DNA from: a virus | Taxonomy: Duplodnaviria; Caudoviricetes | Length of the DNA: 54,579 bases | Direction: 5' to 3' (one strand) | IMG/VR virus record: IMGVR_UViG_3300044801_000147 | Location: 1 to 54,579 of that record | In this document: piece by piece, positions 26,301-36,222 of the stretch | Position numbering within the stretch: the first letter of the stretch is position 1 | Layout of the letters: each line of letters opens with the position of its first letter | Notes under the pieces: generated by a model | The model's input: only the letters and a program-made list of their open reading frames with translations | Database searches by the model: none | Told to the model about the DNA's origin: nothing | Made by a program: the position numbers and the translations under genes

Positions 26301-27490
26301 GCTGGAACGACGCGGGGCTGACGAACACGGCGCTGGACTCGCTCTTCGACTCGAACTACGTGGCCATGCGCCAGGACAACGTGGAGACCGTGTTCGACGT
26401 GCCGCTGCACACCAACGACTTCATCCCGCCCGTCAACAGGGACACGCGCAAGACGATCCAGTTCCTCACGGCGGGGCAGCGCGGGTTCGCCACGGCCATC
26501 CCGCACATCGGGTTCGGCATAACCGCCCTGACGCCGCGCACCGTGCTCGGGCAGAACCTCCAGAACACCATCGCCCCGATCACCCTGTACGTGGACAACG
26601 TCAACGGCAGCGACGCGAACAGCGGCCTGTCGGCCAACGACGCCAAGGCCACCTTCGCCTCGGCGCTCGGCGAGATGCCGCCCGTGCTCAGCTTCCCGTG
26701 CGTCATCATCATGGCCAACGCCGCGCCGTACCTGCTCACCGCCCTGTCCTCCTCCCTGGAGGTCGTGGCGCTCGGGGACGGGGACATCCGCTCGGCCAAG
26801 GTGTACTGCCTCGGCAACCTGTCCCGCGCGATCCAGGGCGAGGGACGCCTGGTCATCTCCACCCCGACGGGCGCGACGGAGCCGGTCGTCATCAACGCGA
26901 CGAGCTTCGCGGGATTCGGCGACGGCCCGACGGTCGGGTTCTACATTGACACCAGCCGCGTGATCCTCAACAACATCCAGTTCGTCGGGTTCCAGAACCC
27001 CGCCGTCATGGCGTACAACGCGGACATCGACATGGTCGGGTGCGAGTGGGTCGGCAACGCGCAGGCGGGCTCCTACGTCGGTTGCGACAGTGTCATCCTT
27101 GACGGCGGTTCCACATCCATGCCTGACAGCACGTTTGGCCACGTGTGCGTGCAGTCCAACCTCACGTCGTCTGGCCACAACCTGACGGCGAGCGGGCCCT
27201 CGTTCACGCCGGGTCCGTTCTACGCTGGGTCCCGCAACTCGACCCTCAACCTTGAGACGCACTTCGCTGGCTCCGCCTCGCAGCCGGACGAGAGCTGGCA
27301 GACGCCGACCTCGACGATCGTCGTGGCCCTGGCGCAGCTCAACTCAAGCGTGGCGGTCACCGCAGACTTCCAGACCAACGGCGCGGCGGTGCTCCAGGCC
27401 AACTCGGTACTGTCCCAGACGCCGACCCTGACGCCGTTCCTCGGCGGCGTGACGGCAGACGCAAGCTCGAGCACGGTGACACAGGTCTAA
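23363..27490 (+). CDS. Tail fibre/baseplate-associated protein (DUF6519/DUF4815-like N-terminus, CBM5/12-like module, C-terminal beta-helix)
   Basis: SRTLDP..ISDADLNLMQDLQ. WSSAVTYNQGDVV..GVTY..GHNP..W. TLYVDNVNGSDANSG..AKAT. Confidence 0.75.
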   Translation: MADQYDQKSYPSIVSRTLDPSKKSLATVVALHDHEISDADLNLMQDLQDLKRSELLQDKSCVSGSLTYQPMQYNTGISNAFFIPSFDVLWNNVEILTIAGNQSADPTLNRVTLPNPDTIGRAVPSYWSPGTAAEDAAIFVVFLEVWYQSLNPITGSGYQQGTGANGSTLGANYFYPYGGLNPDPSNAFTVPDDSIDPLLGDFTTERAQVQWRISVQPVSLSYNFQKYAFGLDPDTTDTSAFGVPLSVYAQASRPAPIAGNQYQFVNMGSINGDTGLWRAGSPPWSSAVTYNQGDVVTLLGVTYASVSGSNLGHNPSTTSGFWNATTVGNVNNSLGTMDGYSYAMPLGVVFQRNFGNFDAELNIFGCANSAFPATQPLPTNPPNAINGLLSSGLSGRFDSRLADQVFADNVIDTRLTNTLDAWDKEELLGFGFGDLVQGKTQLALARGDSNGNSPEDIGATLPYYVSVAPPPPAVPPLNYPPVGAWDGFANGFSSDERTYQSTVQITTDDKSSLGPGSTQGGNWVLGDTFTVTLPSTSSATITVISVTALVSSLQGVPPATVLTPAALLQGQVTITGLGTKSATVAITTNLVGTLFDPGSNNIYATVGVTYPAGSNANLQHIPFTIDGGSLFDNQAGVILPVFGVSEYDVQAAQVALPTSTTVTNGNTSVAYPTVVGTVFAVSPEYSDIVLGTKIWLQVPGIAGTQQTVGGSPVTVFVIPSGDINGTLGGLYVTQAWDFVSGNGYTITSNIMTGNTAASQEMVVTLQGAVPASSTVVFSILAQNTCQINYNAPVKGVTQIEETVMFGNYTGNNNFPVDPRVVVENISQPGGAGTPSAIVLGANGCAIKGISGNNVVPYIWTVDTSGNLNATAVTSLNFVNDVLVVTVPGTVQLTGTGAQPFLFAGSILPSLNAASTFVVQLRYVPYQGEGVVGRAYEILAAEDNALITSNGTGAAPAIGLTDVYPYNRELPIITMLPAQSSWNDAGLTNTALDSLFDSNYVAMRQDNVETVFDVPLHTNDFIPPVNRDTRKTIQFLTAGQRGFATAIPHIGFGITALTPRTVLGQNLQNTIAPITLYVDNVNGSDANSGLSANDAKATFASALGEMPPVLSFPCVIIMANAAPYLLTALSSSLEVVALGDGDIRSAKVYCLGNLSRAIQGEGRLVISTPTGATEPVVINATSFAGFGDGPTVGFYIDTSRVILNNIQFVGFQNPAVMAYNADIDMVGCEWVGNAQAGSYVGCDSVILDGGSTSMPDSTFGHVCVQSNLTSSGHNLTASGPSFTPGPFYAGSRNSTLNLETHFAGSASQPDESWQTPTSTIVVALAQLNSSVAVTADFQTNGAAVLQANSVLSQTPTLTPFLGGVTADASSSTVTQV

Positions 27491-27491
27491 T

Positions 27492-30400
27492 ATGCCAACG
27501 CCACACGTTCTTCTATACAATTCGGCCCCGGCGGTTGCGGTCCTCGACCAGAACTTCAACCTCACGCTGAGCTGGACCCCGCAGCTGGACACCCTGATGA
27601 CGGGGTCGTTCTCCACGTACAACCACTGGGACATCGTCACCCAGGTCGGGCTGAACCCGGTCATCACCGTCGCCTTCCCCACGCCCGCCTTCGCTGGCGG
27701 CAGCCTCACCTACACGCAGATTCTCTCGGCTGGCGTCGTCACGCTCAACATGCAGGCTTGGTTCAGCGGGGACGACAGCGTGTTCCTCACGAACCCGTGG
27801 CAGACGAACGGCGGCAACGCGGCCCGCCAGTTCCCCGACGCGATCTCCGGCTCCAACATCGCCTTCAGCCTCACCAGCGTGCTGCTCAACCAGCCGCTCA
27901 CGGTCACGCTCTCCTCCGGGTACGCGGGCCAGGTCGGGAACACCGCCAACCAGTGGCAGGTCCTCTGGCCGGACGGCACGTCCACGGGATGGCTGCCGCT
28001 CGCCTCCAACGTCGTGACGAAGCAGTTCACGGTCCCCGGCGCTGAGAACGTCATCATCCAGACCCGTGCGAGCTACGCGGGCAGCCAGTACGCCCCGCCA
28101 GCCACGCTGATCCGCCAGTTCACGCAGCAGGTTCTCGTAGTCAACCAGCAGGCGTCGTCCAGCTTGTCCTCCCAGGGCGGCCTCACGGGCAGCCTCGGCA
28201 TCGGCGGCCAGCAGGGCTTCGAGATCGTCGGGACCACGGGCACGTCCGTCACGCCGGAGCCGTGGGAGGCGATCGTGCGCTGCATCGTGCGCGACACCGT
28301 CACCAACGAGCTCAAGCTCCTGATCGCCACGTCGAGGTTCTCCAACGCCAGCTCGCTGTACGGCACCATGGCGGCGGACGTGTTCCCGATGGAGGGACGC
28401 CCGCACGCCAAGGAGCTGATCCAGCCCCCGTACGAGCTGACCGCGACGTCGCAGACCGAGACCGTACCCGTCTCCGTCGCCACGTCCACCCTCCCGACCC
28501 TCATCGTCGGCAAGTCCGTGACGGAGGCGCTGGGCGGGACCTTCTCGATGTCCACCAGCGGCACGTCCGGCATCGCCCCGTTCATTTGGAGCTCCTCCGG
28601 GCTTCCGGACGGCCTGACCCTGAACGGCAGCGGCAACCTCCTGGGCACGCCCCTTGAGCTCGGCACCTTCCAGGTCACGTTCACGGTCCAGGACTCCAGC
28701 GTCCCGTTCTCCGTCGCCGAGACCACGCTCCCGCTGACCGTCGAGACCGACCTCATGGTCGAGATCGCCGCGAACCAGACGGACGCGACGGGCTCGGTCC
28801 TGGCGCAGCTCGGCACCTCGCTCGGCGTCGCGCAGGTCAACACGCCCTACGCCGTGCTGATGGAGGTCGGCAACATCAACCCGGCCGTGCCCACGTCGGG
28901 AGGCCTCCCGCCCTACACGTGGATCAGAGCGGCTGGTGCCCTCCCCGTCGGCCTCAGCATCGACCCCAGCACGGGCCTGATCTCCGGCTCGCCGTCCACC
29001 TACAACTCGACGACGGACTTCAACACGATCTTCTCCGCGACCGTGCAGGTCACCGACGCCATCGGCGCGAAGGCGACGCAGACCTACTCGATGACGCTGG
29101 TCCCGGCCGTACTACAGTTCGGGCAGCTGGACCAGACCACGATCTTCGCCGGGCAGCAGTTCCAGCTCGTCGTCCCCGTCTTCGGCGGCCAGTCCCCCTA
29201 CACGTTCAACCCGCTCACTAACCTTCTTGTCCCTTCGGCCGACACCGCCTACTATGACATCGCCGGGGCGCAGCTGGTTGACGGCCAAATCCTGATCAAC
29301 GTGAACTTCCCGCAGACCGCGACCGGGCAGCACACGTTCCAGGTCACGGTGCACGACAGCGTGACGCCGACGGCCGCTGTCGCGGTCGCGCAGTTCACTT
29401 TCAACGTGGAGAACCAGATCAGCGATCCGTTCTTCGTCCCAGCCTCCCTAGACTACGTGTGGCAGTGGGCTAAGGATGTGGCCAAACCGACACCGCTCGC
29501 CCTGACCGGGGGCCTCTCCGGTTTCTCCATGGCGGGACTCAATGTCGGCGTGAACATAGTGACTCCGGGCGTCGGACAAGCGATTTACACAGTCACCGGA
29601 GCTACTTGCTCCTTCGGCGGCGGCGCAGGCGACGCTTACGCGGGGTCAACCTTTGTCGTCTCTGGGTTTTTCAACGCCGGGAACAACGGCACGTTTTTGT
29701 GCACCGCCTCCGGCGGCTCGCCGCAAACCGTGACACTAGCGAATCCGAACTCTGTGGCTGAGACGCTCTCCAACGTCCTCAACCTCGCATCCGTCCAGGC
29801 GGCGAGCGTAGGCAGCCCGTTTGGTCCGCTGTTCGTGCCGACCAGCAAATACCTCTTCACCGCAGCGGTCCCGGCCGCAGCGGGGAACGCCTACGCCGGG
29901 CAGCAGTTCACGGTCACCGGGTTCTTCACGAACCCCGCCGTGAACAACGGCACGTTCTACTGCGTAGAATCTGCTACGACGTACGTCGTCCTAGCTAATG
30001 GCGCGGCCATCGCCGAGACGCACGCCGCGACGGCGACGCAGACGACCGCGAAGGCACTAGCGATCGGTAACCAGTACTCTGGCGCAACACTGGCGAACGG
30101 CATTACGGTCGCCATCGACCCGGCGATCCCTGAGGTGGAATTCACCCCTCCCGGAAACTCCCCTGGAATCAGTTATTCCGGTAGCAACGCGCAGTACGCT
30201 GTTCCGATCCAGTTGCAGTTCGGCGTCTCCCCGGCTCCTCCAGTCACGCAGGCGACTGTGTCGCAGACGTACACCGTGCTGGCGACCAACACCTCCACGC
30301 CGTTCCTTCCCACCGACATCGGGGCCATGACCATCTCCACGCACCCGTACCTGTACGGGGCCGGGCTCAACGAGCTGGTCGGCCTGAACCCGCGCAAGCC

Positions 30401-33275
30401 GTGGTACAACTCGCCGAACATTCCCGCGATGACGCCGTCCCCGGCCCCGCCTGACGCGCCGTGGATCGCCACGGTCGGGGTCGGGTCCTCGCTCCCTCCC
30501 GGCCTCTCGCTGGACGCGAACACGGGCCTGGTATACGGCAACCTCGTGGGCTCGTTCAACGGGCACAGCACCATCAAGTACGTCGGGAGCACGGGCACCG
30601 TGCACGGCTCCGCCACGATCTCGTGGGCGTCCCCGAGCACGGCGAGCGCCTTCCAGCTGATCGACAACATCGCGGACGGCATCACCCTCGGCACCGCGTA
30701 CCCGGCCACCAGCTACATCCTCGTCCCGGCGGGGACCACGCCCGCGTCCGCGAGCATCTTCTACGGGAGGCTCCCAGCCGGGCTGTCGCCGATGCTCGTG
30801 ATCTCCGGCCAGAACGTCCTGATCACCGGGGCCGCCACGGAGGCGGGCTACTTCGACACATGGTTCCAGGTCACGGCCACGAACGGCCAGTCCTCGTTCC
30901 TGCACCACCGCTTCTCCATCGACTTCCAGCCGCCGCTGACGATCATCACCACGACGCTGCCGGACATCAGCAACGAGTTCTACGGCCCGTACACCGTGCA
31001 GGCGATCGGCGGCGTCCCCAACTCCCTCGGCCAGTACCAGTGGTCGCTGGGCACGCTCCCCTCCGGCGCGGCGGGGCTCGGCATCAGCGCGACTACCGGG
31101 CAGATTTCCGGCACGCTTACGCCGCCGCCCGTCGCGCCGACGCCGCTCGCTATCCCGGTCATCGTGCAGGACTACAACTCCCCGACGCCGACTGTCTACA
31201 CGGCGACGGTGAACATCCAGTACAACAACGCGCTGCGCATCACGACGGTCAACATCGCCACGGTGGTCCCGCTCGTTGACGACCCGTTGGGCACCGGGGA
31301 GTACTCGTTCCAGATGCAGGCGGCGGGTGGCACGCCAGACCCGACCCACGGATACAAATGGCAGATCACCCCGGCGGCCAATTTGCCCACACCCGGAACG
31401 GCGGCCTCGTTGTCACTGACCGAAGGCGCGTCGCAATGTATCTCAATGGCCGCGTTCCTGGGCACCAGCGGCAACTCGGTCACCGTCGCGGTCGACGACA
31501 CGACCACGGGCGCACCAACCGTCGTCGGCAACGCGATCACCCTGCACACCCTGACCTACACGGTCGCGTCGTACGTGGCCGCCTTCCCGTCCGCCACGGC
31601 CACAGCCGGGCTGATCAACTTCAGCTACACCGGGCTGGGCACGGATACCTTCACCACCGCAGGAGCGGTGAACCTGGCTGGTGGCACGAACGGAATTACG
31701 CCAGCGAACGGTACGAGTTGGAACAACGGAACTTACGTATTCCAGGACGCTGGCGGCGGCGTATTCGGCGGCTCTTACACCGGGACCGAGCTGCTCACGT
31801 TCCCTATTCTCATCTCCGTGGAGGATACCACCCTCCTGCCGACCACGCCGTTGGCTTTCAACGTGGACACCGGGACGTACATCCTGGCCATCGACGACAG
31901 CGGCGCGGGCCCGATCCCGCCCGGCTTCGCGTACCAGGGCACCCTGTCGGCGGCTGGCATCTGCACGCAGCCCCCGGTGCAGTGGCAGGTCGCCCCTACC
32001 CCGCAGTACCCGCTCACGCTCTCCGCCCTGCCCGGCCTGTCGCTCACGGTCAACGGCGCTGGCGTCACGGCCACGGTCTCCGGCACGTACAGCGGCCCGG
32101 CGATCCTGCCCGCCTCCCCGACCTGCATCAGGTTCGTCGCGGTCGACAGTGTAGGCAACACAGGCGTGGTCGTGCATCCGTTTTACACGCACACTAACCT
32201 AGCTATCTCCGGCTGGGACACCGTCCCGACCTCCGGCGGGACGATCTCGTTCCCGCTGCCGCACGCGTTCGTCGCCACCCCCGGCGGGTGGGCGTACAAC
32301 GGCGCGTACTCCGGCGGCATCCAGCTGGTCGCGACCCAGGGCGTCGCCCCGTACACCTGGAGCGTAGCGCCGCCGATCACGGGCGCTCCGTACTTCCTGG
32401 CCCTCAGCACGGCTGGCGTGCTCACCAACGCGAACGCTGGGTCGTTCTCGAACGTGCCCTTCACCTTCATGGTGACGGACAGCATCGGCAACACGGCCAC
32501 GCTGTCCCTGAACCTCTCGTCGCAGGCCTCCGGCCTCGCCATCACGACCCCGTCCATCGGGGCGTTCCTGGCTGGCACGGCGTACACGACCTCGAACGAG
32601 CCGTCGAACCTGCCGCTGGCGGCGACCCTCGGCACGCCGCCGTACACGTTCTCCATCTCTCCGAACAACCCGGCGGGGAACGCCCTGCCGACCGGGCTGT
32701 CGCTCACGGCCTCGGGCTACATCACCGGGACGACGATCCAGGGCGGCTACAGCGAGCCCGTGACGTTCCGCGTGACGGACAGCATCGGCTCGTACTCGGA
32801 CAAGGTGCTGACTGTCAGCGTGACCGTTGTACTAGCTCTTTACTCTGGAATCGACTACACGGATTGCACGGCGACCAACGCGCTCGGCTACGTGGACAAG
32901 GGCAACGTGAGTTCCGTCAACCCGCGCCCTAACCTCTCCTTCTACATCATAGCGACCGGGGTGGTCAGCACGTCTCCCGCCACGATCACGATCACGACTA
33001 GCAACCCGGCCATCACGGGCACTGTCGTCAGCCTGAGTGCCATCGTACCGCCGTGCGGTACGGCTGTCTCTACCCAGACGGCTAAGATCGCGCTCACGGG
33101 CCCGTTCAACGTTGGCGTGGTGGAGGAGTACACGATCGGGACGTACCCGCTGAGCGTCACGGTAGTGGATTCGGGTATCTCCATTACGGGCGTCTTTAAT
33201 TGGGTCGTGTTCGACGACGGCACGCTGGTGCTAGCGCCGTCCTCAGGCTCCATCCCGACGCAGGCCATAGGATAA
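27492..33275 (+). CDS. Very large Ig-like repeat (putative Ig/He_PIG) virion protein
   Basis: Repeated GG.PPYTW...GALP.GLS.D..TG.ISG.P...F...V.VTD units. Confidence 0.85.
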   Translation: MPTPHVLLYNSAPAVAVLDQNFNLTLSWTPQLDTLMTGSFSTYNHWDIVTQVGLNPVITVAFPTPAFAGGSLTYTQILSAGVVTLNMQAWFSGDDSVFLTNPWQTNGGNAARQFPDAISGSNIAFSLTSVLLNQPLTVTLSSGYAGQVGNTANQWQVLWPDGTSTGWLPLASNVVTKQFTVPGAENVIIQTRASYAGSQYAPPATLIRQFTQQVLVVNQQASSSLSSQGGLTGSLGIGGQQGFEIVGTTGTSVTPEPWEAIVRCIVRDTVTNELKLLIATSRFSNASSLYGTMAADVFPMEGRPHAKELIQPPYELTATSQTETVPVSVATSTLPTLIVGKSVTEALGGTFSMSTSGTSGIAPFIWSSSGLPDGLTLNGSGNLLGTPLELGTFQVTFTVQDSSVPFSVAETTLPLTVETDLMVEIAANQTDATGSVLAQLGTSLGVAQVNTPYAVLMEVGNINPAVPTSGGLPPYTWIRAAGALPVGLSIDPSTGLISGSPSTYNSTTDFNTIFSATVQVTDAIGAKATQTYSMTLVPAVLQFGQLDQTTIFAGQQFQLVVPVFGGQSPYTFNPLTNLLVPSADTAYYDIAGAQLVDGQILINVNFPQTATGQHTFQVTVHDSVTPTAAVAVAQFTFNVENQISDPFFVPASLDYVWQWAKDVAKPTPLALTGGLSGFSMAGLNVGVNIVTPGVGQAIYTVTGATCSFGGGAGDAYAGSTFVVSGFFNAGNNGTFLCTASGGSPQTVTLANPNSVAETLSNVLNLASVQAASVGSPFGPLFVPTSKYLFTAAVPAAAGNAYAGQQFTVTGFFTNPAVNNGTFYCVESATTYVVLANGAAIAETHAATATQTTAKALAIGNQYSGATLANGITVAIDPAIPEVEFTPPGNSPGISYSGSNAQYAVPIQLQFGVSPAPPVTQATVSQTYTVLATNTSTPFLPTDIGAMTISTHPYLYGAGLNELVGLNPRKPWYNSPNIPAMTPSPAPPDAPWIATVGVGSSLPPGLSLDANTGLVYGNLVGSFNGHSTIKYVGSTGTVHGSATISWASPSTASAFQLIDNIADGITLGTAYPATSYILVPAGTTPASASIFYGRLPAGLSPMLVISGQNVLITGAATEAGYFDTWFQVTATNGQSSFLHHRFSIDFQPPLTIITTTLPDISNEFYGPYTVQAIGGVPNSLGQYQWSLGTLPSGAAGLGISATTGQISGTLTPPPVAPTPLAIPVIVQDYNSPTPTVYTATVNIQYNNALRITTVNIATVVPLVDDPLGTGEYSFQMQAAGGTPDPTHGYKWQITPAANLPTPGTAASLSLTEGASQCISMAAFLGTSGNSVTVAVDDTTTGAPTVVGNAITLHTLTYTVASYVAAFPSATATAGLINFSYTGLGTDTFTTAGAVNLAGGTNGITPANGTSWNNGTYVFQDAGGGVFGGSYTGTELLTFPILISVEDTTLLPTTPLAFNVDTGTYILAIDDSGAGPIPPGFAYQGTLSAAGICTQPPVQWQVAPTPQYPLTLSALPGLSLTVNGAGVTATVSGTYSGPAILPASPTCIRFVAVDSVGNTGVVVHPFYTHTNLAISGWDTVPTSGGTISFPLPHAFVATPGGWAYNGAYSGGIQLVATQGVAPYTWSVAPPITGAPYFLALSTAGVLTNANAGSFSNVPFTFMVTDSIGNTATLSLNLSSQASGLAITTPSIGAFLAGTAYTTSNEPSNLPLAATLGTPPYTFSISPNNPAGNALPTGLSLTASGYITGTTIQGGYSEPVTFRVTDSIGSYSDKVLTVSVTVVLALYSGIDYTDCTATNALGYVDKGNVSSVNPRPNLSFYIIATGVVSTSPATITITTSNPAITGTVVSLSAIVPPCGTAVSTQTAKIALTGPFNVGVVEEYTIGTYPLSVTVVDSGISITGVFNWVVFDDGTLVLAPSSGSIPTQAIG

Positions 33276-33278
33276 AAC

Positions 33279-36068
33279 ATGTCAACGGCAACTGAAACAA
33301 TCACAGTGGTGGTGACCGGGGCCAACCCGGCCACGTACACCTATCCCGTCAGCGTGGACATCCAGACCGGGACAGCCGCGAACCTGAGCATCATCCTCCC
33401 CGGCACCCACTCGGGCACGGACCAGGTCGTGGCGACCATGACCTCGCACACCCCCGCCTACGCGTCGAACACGGCGGACGTCGCCTGGCAGCAGGTGAGC
33501 GGCAACATCGCCGTCTCTCCTGTGACCATCGTCGGCTACAACAACTCAAGCGGCGCGGGCTTCACACACTTTGCCACGGTGCAGGGCACGATCACTGGCA
33601 ACTCCCTGATCTTCAACCAGGTCCTCCAGAACACCCCGCTCAGCGGCTACTGCGAGCCGAACAACGTCTCCTCGTGCGGCGGCGGCTACAAGAAGATTCC
33701 GATGGACGCCCTCCAGCAGACCTCTGCGGGCGGCGCGTGGGCCAGCAACCTGTCCATCCCCGGCTCCGGCAGCGGCAGCACGGGCAACAAGTTCGTGTTC
33801 GACGCGACCGGATACCTCATCGTCAACGTCGCCGCGACCTACACGCTCTACATGACCTTCGCCAACGTCGCCCAGCCCGCCTTCTGGATTGGCGGCGGCG
33901 CGACAGTTGTACAGACTGGCAACACCAACGGCGGCGCGAACCCTTTCCCGGCGGCCGGGCCGAACACCGCTTTCTGGACCGCGCAGACGCCTCCGACCAG
34001 TGCACTCGCGATGGCAAGCAATGAGAACCCCGGCCTGTACGGCGGCACCGTGAGCGCGTACATCAAGTTCCCCGCTCCCGGCAAATACCCGTTCGAGCTG
34101 TATTACAACCAGTCCCAGCCCTGCCAGTTCGGCGGCGACAACAACAGCTACGTCCAGATCATCTACGGGGCGAACGGCGGCACCATCTACGCCAACAACG
34201 AGGGAAACGGCCCCGCTGGCTCCTTCCCGACGTTCAACCCGGTATCCGTGGTGGCGACGCCCCCGACGGGCACCGCCCCGACTGGCGTGCTCCAGCTGAC
34301 GCCCACGGGCGGCGCTCCCGCGCTCCAGCTCCAGGGCAACCCCGCGAACTACGCGCTAACCCTGAAGATCGGGCCGACGGTCGCGTACACCGTGTTCCCG
34401 TACATCCCGCTCCTTGAGGGCCACGCCGGGCACCTGTACATCACGAACAACGGCAGCACGTTCGCCTTCCAGACGTACAACGGCAACGCGATCACAGGCA
34501 ACGGCACGCGCATGGCGGCGGCCGCGACGGACGGCGTAGTGAACCTCTCCGGGGACAACACCTCGTGGCAGGGACGCCTCAGCGTGACGGCGGACGCCTC
34601 CAACAACTTCTTCGACCTGGCCTACGGCGGCGCGTCCTTCGACTCCGGCGTGGCGAAGACCGAGCTCACGATCGCGGCGGACGACGTGGCGTGGTTCTTC
34701 CCCACGGGCAACGCGTTCGACCTCTTCACCCCGTCCAGCAGCGGCGGCGGGACCAGCCTCGGCATCGAGGTAGACTACATGGCCAACCCCGGCCTGAACA
34801 ACCCGCCCGCCACGGTCTCGCCGACCTCCGGCGTCTCGGCCGACGGCGGCAACCATACGTTCTCAATCACTCTGAGCAAGCCGTTCTCCCCGCAGCAGCA
34901 GGGCACGGTCGGCAGCACGGGCAACACGATCAACGCGCCCGTCATGGTCCTCTCGGGCGGGGCGACGTTCGCGGCGGCCCCGACCCCTGTCATCAACGGC
35001 GCTGGCTTCCTCACCGGATGGACGGTCCCCGTGACCATTCCCAAGTCCACGGTCAACGGCTCGTTCACCCTCACGCTCACCGTCAACGGCACGCTGACGT
35101 ACCTCAGCGGCACGACGTTCACCACGGGCACCGTGACCTACATCAGCAGCTACGTCACTACGATCAGCACCGTCGGCGTGCAGTACGTGAACCCCGTCGC
35201 CTACTCCTGGTCCACCGTCCCCGCGAGCGGGGACGTGACCGGGACCGTCACGCTGAACGCCAAGGTCTACACCTTCGACAACAACGCCGTGAACTTCGAC
35301 TTCTACCGCCAGCCCTCCGGCGGCGGCTCCGCGACGAAGCTGAACCCGACTACGGTGGCCGGGACGATCAGCTCCCCCGCGACGGGCACCGTCAGCGGGA
35401 AGACCGTCTACTACAGGCAGGCGTCCTACACCGCGACGATCGGCAGCGACCTGGGCAGCATCCTCCTCGGCTACACCGCCACGGACGCCGTCAGCGTCCT
35501 GGCCGTGACGTACTACGGTTCCACCGCCTACACGACCACCAACACGGGCGGGGGCGGGGGCGGATGCCCGGCCGTAGAGATGTTCATCGACGAATGGCAC
35601 CAGGCCTCGGACGTGTTCGAGGGCATGGCCCTGGACACCCTCGCCGGGGAAGCCAACGGCGACTACTTCACCAAGCCGATCCTGACGGAAGCCCGCCAGG
35701 TCCAGTGGTTCGAGTTCAGCGAGCAGCCGTGCTACCGCCTCGTGGCGGAGAACGGCGCTGAGGTCGTCGTGTCCGGCAGCACGCCCGTCCCGACGAAGGA
35801 GAACATCGAGGAGTACGAGCGCGGCGTTGCGGCGGGCGACCTCAAGTTCTACGCGAGCGACATGGCGGCCGGTATGCACGTCATCACCGGCATCGACACC
35901 GCCAGCGACGACGAGCCGGACCGTGCCGAGTGGTCCAGGCTGGTGGAGGTCACCCCCGTCGGCATGCGCCGCGTGTGCCGCCTGTACTGCGGCGGCCGCA
36001 ACTTCGCGGCGGGCGCGAAGCCGGGCAGGTACATCTACACGCACAACATCTTGCCGAGCCCGAAGTAA
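33279..36068 (+). CDS. Tail fibre/spike-like protein with PA14-like domain and C-terminal Hint domain
   Basis: ATGYLIV..TYT..GKYPFELYYNQ (PA14-like). GGGGG|CPAVEM...YIYTHN-ILPSPK. Confidence 0.8.
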   Translation: MSTATETITVVVTGANPATYTYPVSVDIQTGTAANLSIILPGTHSGTDQVVATMTSHTPAYASNTADVAWQQVSGNIAVSPVTIVGYNNSSGAGFTHFATVQGTITGNSLIFNQVLQNTPLSGYCEPNNVSSCGGGYKKIPMDALQQTSAGGAWASNLSIPGSGSGSTGNKFVFDATGYLIVNVAATYTLYMTFANVAQPAFWIGGGATVVQTGNTNGGANPFPAAGPNTAFWTAQTPPTSALAMASNENPGLYGGTVSAYIKFPAPGKYPFELYYNQSQPCQFGGDNNSYVQIIYGANGGTIYANNEGNGPAGSFPTFNPVSVVATPPTGTAPTGVLQLTPTGGAPALQLQGNPANYALTLKIGPTVAYTVFPYIPLLEGHAGHLYITNNGSTFAFQTYNGNAITGNGTRMAAAATDGVVNLSGDNTSWQGRLSVTADASNNFFDLAYGGASFDSGVAKTELTIAADDVAWFFPTGNAFDLFTPSSSGGGTSLGIEVDYMANPGLNNPPATVSPTSGVSADGGNHTFSITLSKPFSPQQQGTVGSTGNTINAPVMVLSGGATFAAAPTPVINGAGFLTGWTVPVTIPKSTVNGSFTLTLTVNGTLTYLSGTTFTTGTVTYISSYVTTISTVGVQYVNPVAYSWSTVPASGDVTGTVTLNAKVYTFDNNAVNFDFYRQPSGGGSATKLNPTTVAGTISSPATGTVSGKTVYYRQASYTATIGSDLGSILLGYTATDAVSVLAVTYYGSTAYTTTNTGGGGGGCPAVEMFIDEWHQASDVFEGMALDTLAGEANGDYFTKPILTEARQVQWFEFSEQPCYRLVAENGAEVVVSGSTPVPTKENIEEYERGVAAGDLKFYASDMAAGMHVITGIDTASDDEPDRAEWSRLVEVTPVGMRRVCRLYCGGRNFAAGAKPGRYIYTHNILPSPK
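35565..36047 (+). other. Hint (intein-like) autoprocessing domain
   Basis: Cys1 after a Gly5 linker, CYRLVAENGAEVVVS, terminal THN. The +1 residue is Ile. Confidence 0.8.
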
Positions 36069-36222
36069 AGGACACGCGTGGCAAACTAACGGCATCGTGG
36101 CGCACAACGTCATCAAGGCCCAAAGGGAAAATGTGCCTAAGAAAACCATCGACGGCTTTGAGCATCTGGACAGGAAGCAGCGGTACTACGCTCGGCACAA
36201 GAGCCAGGCAGACTCGATTTTG

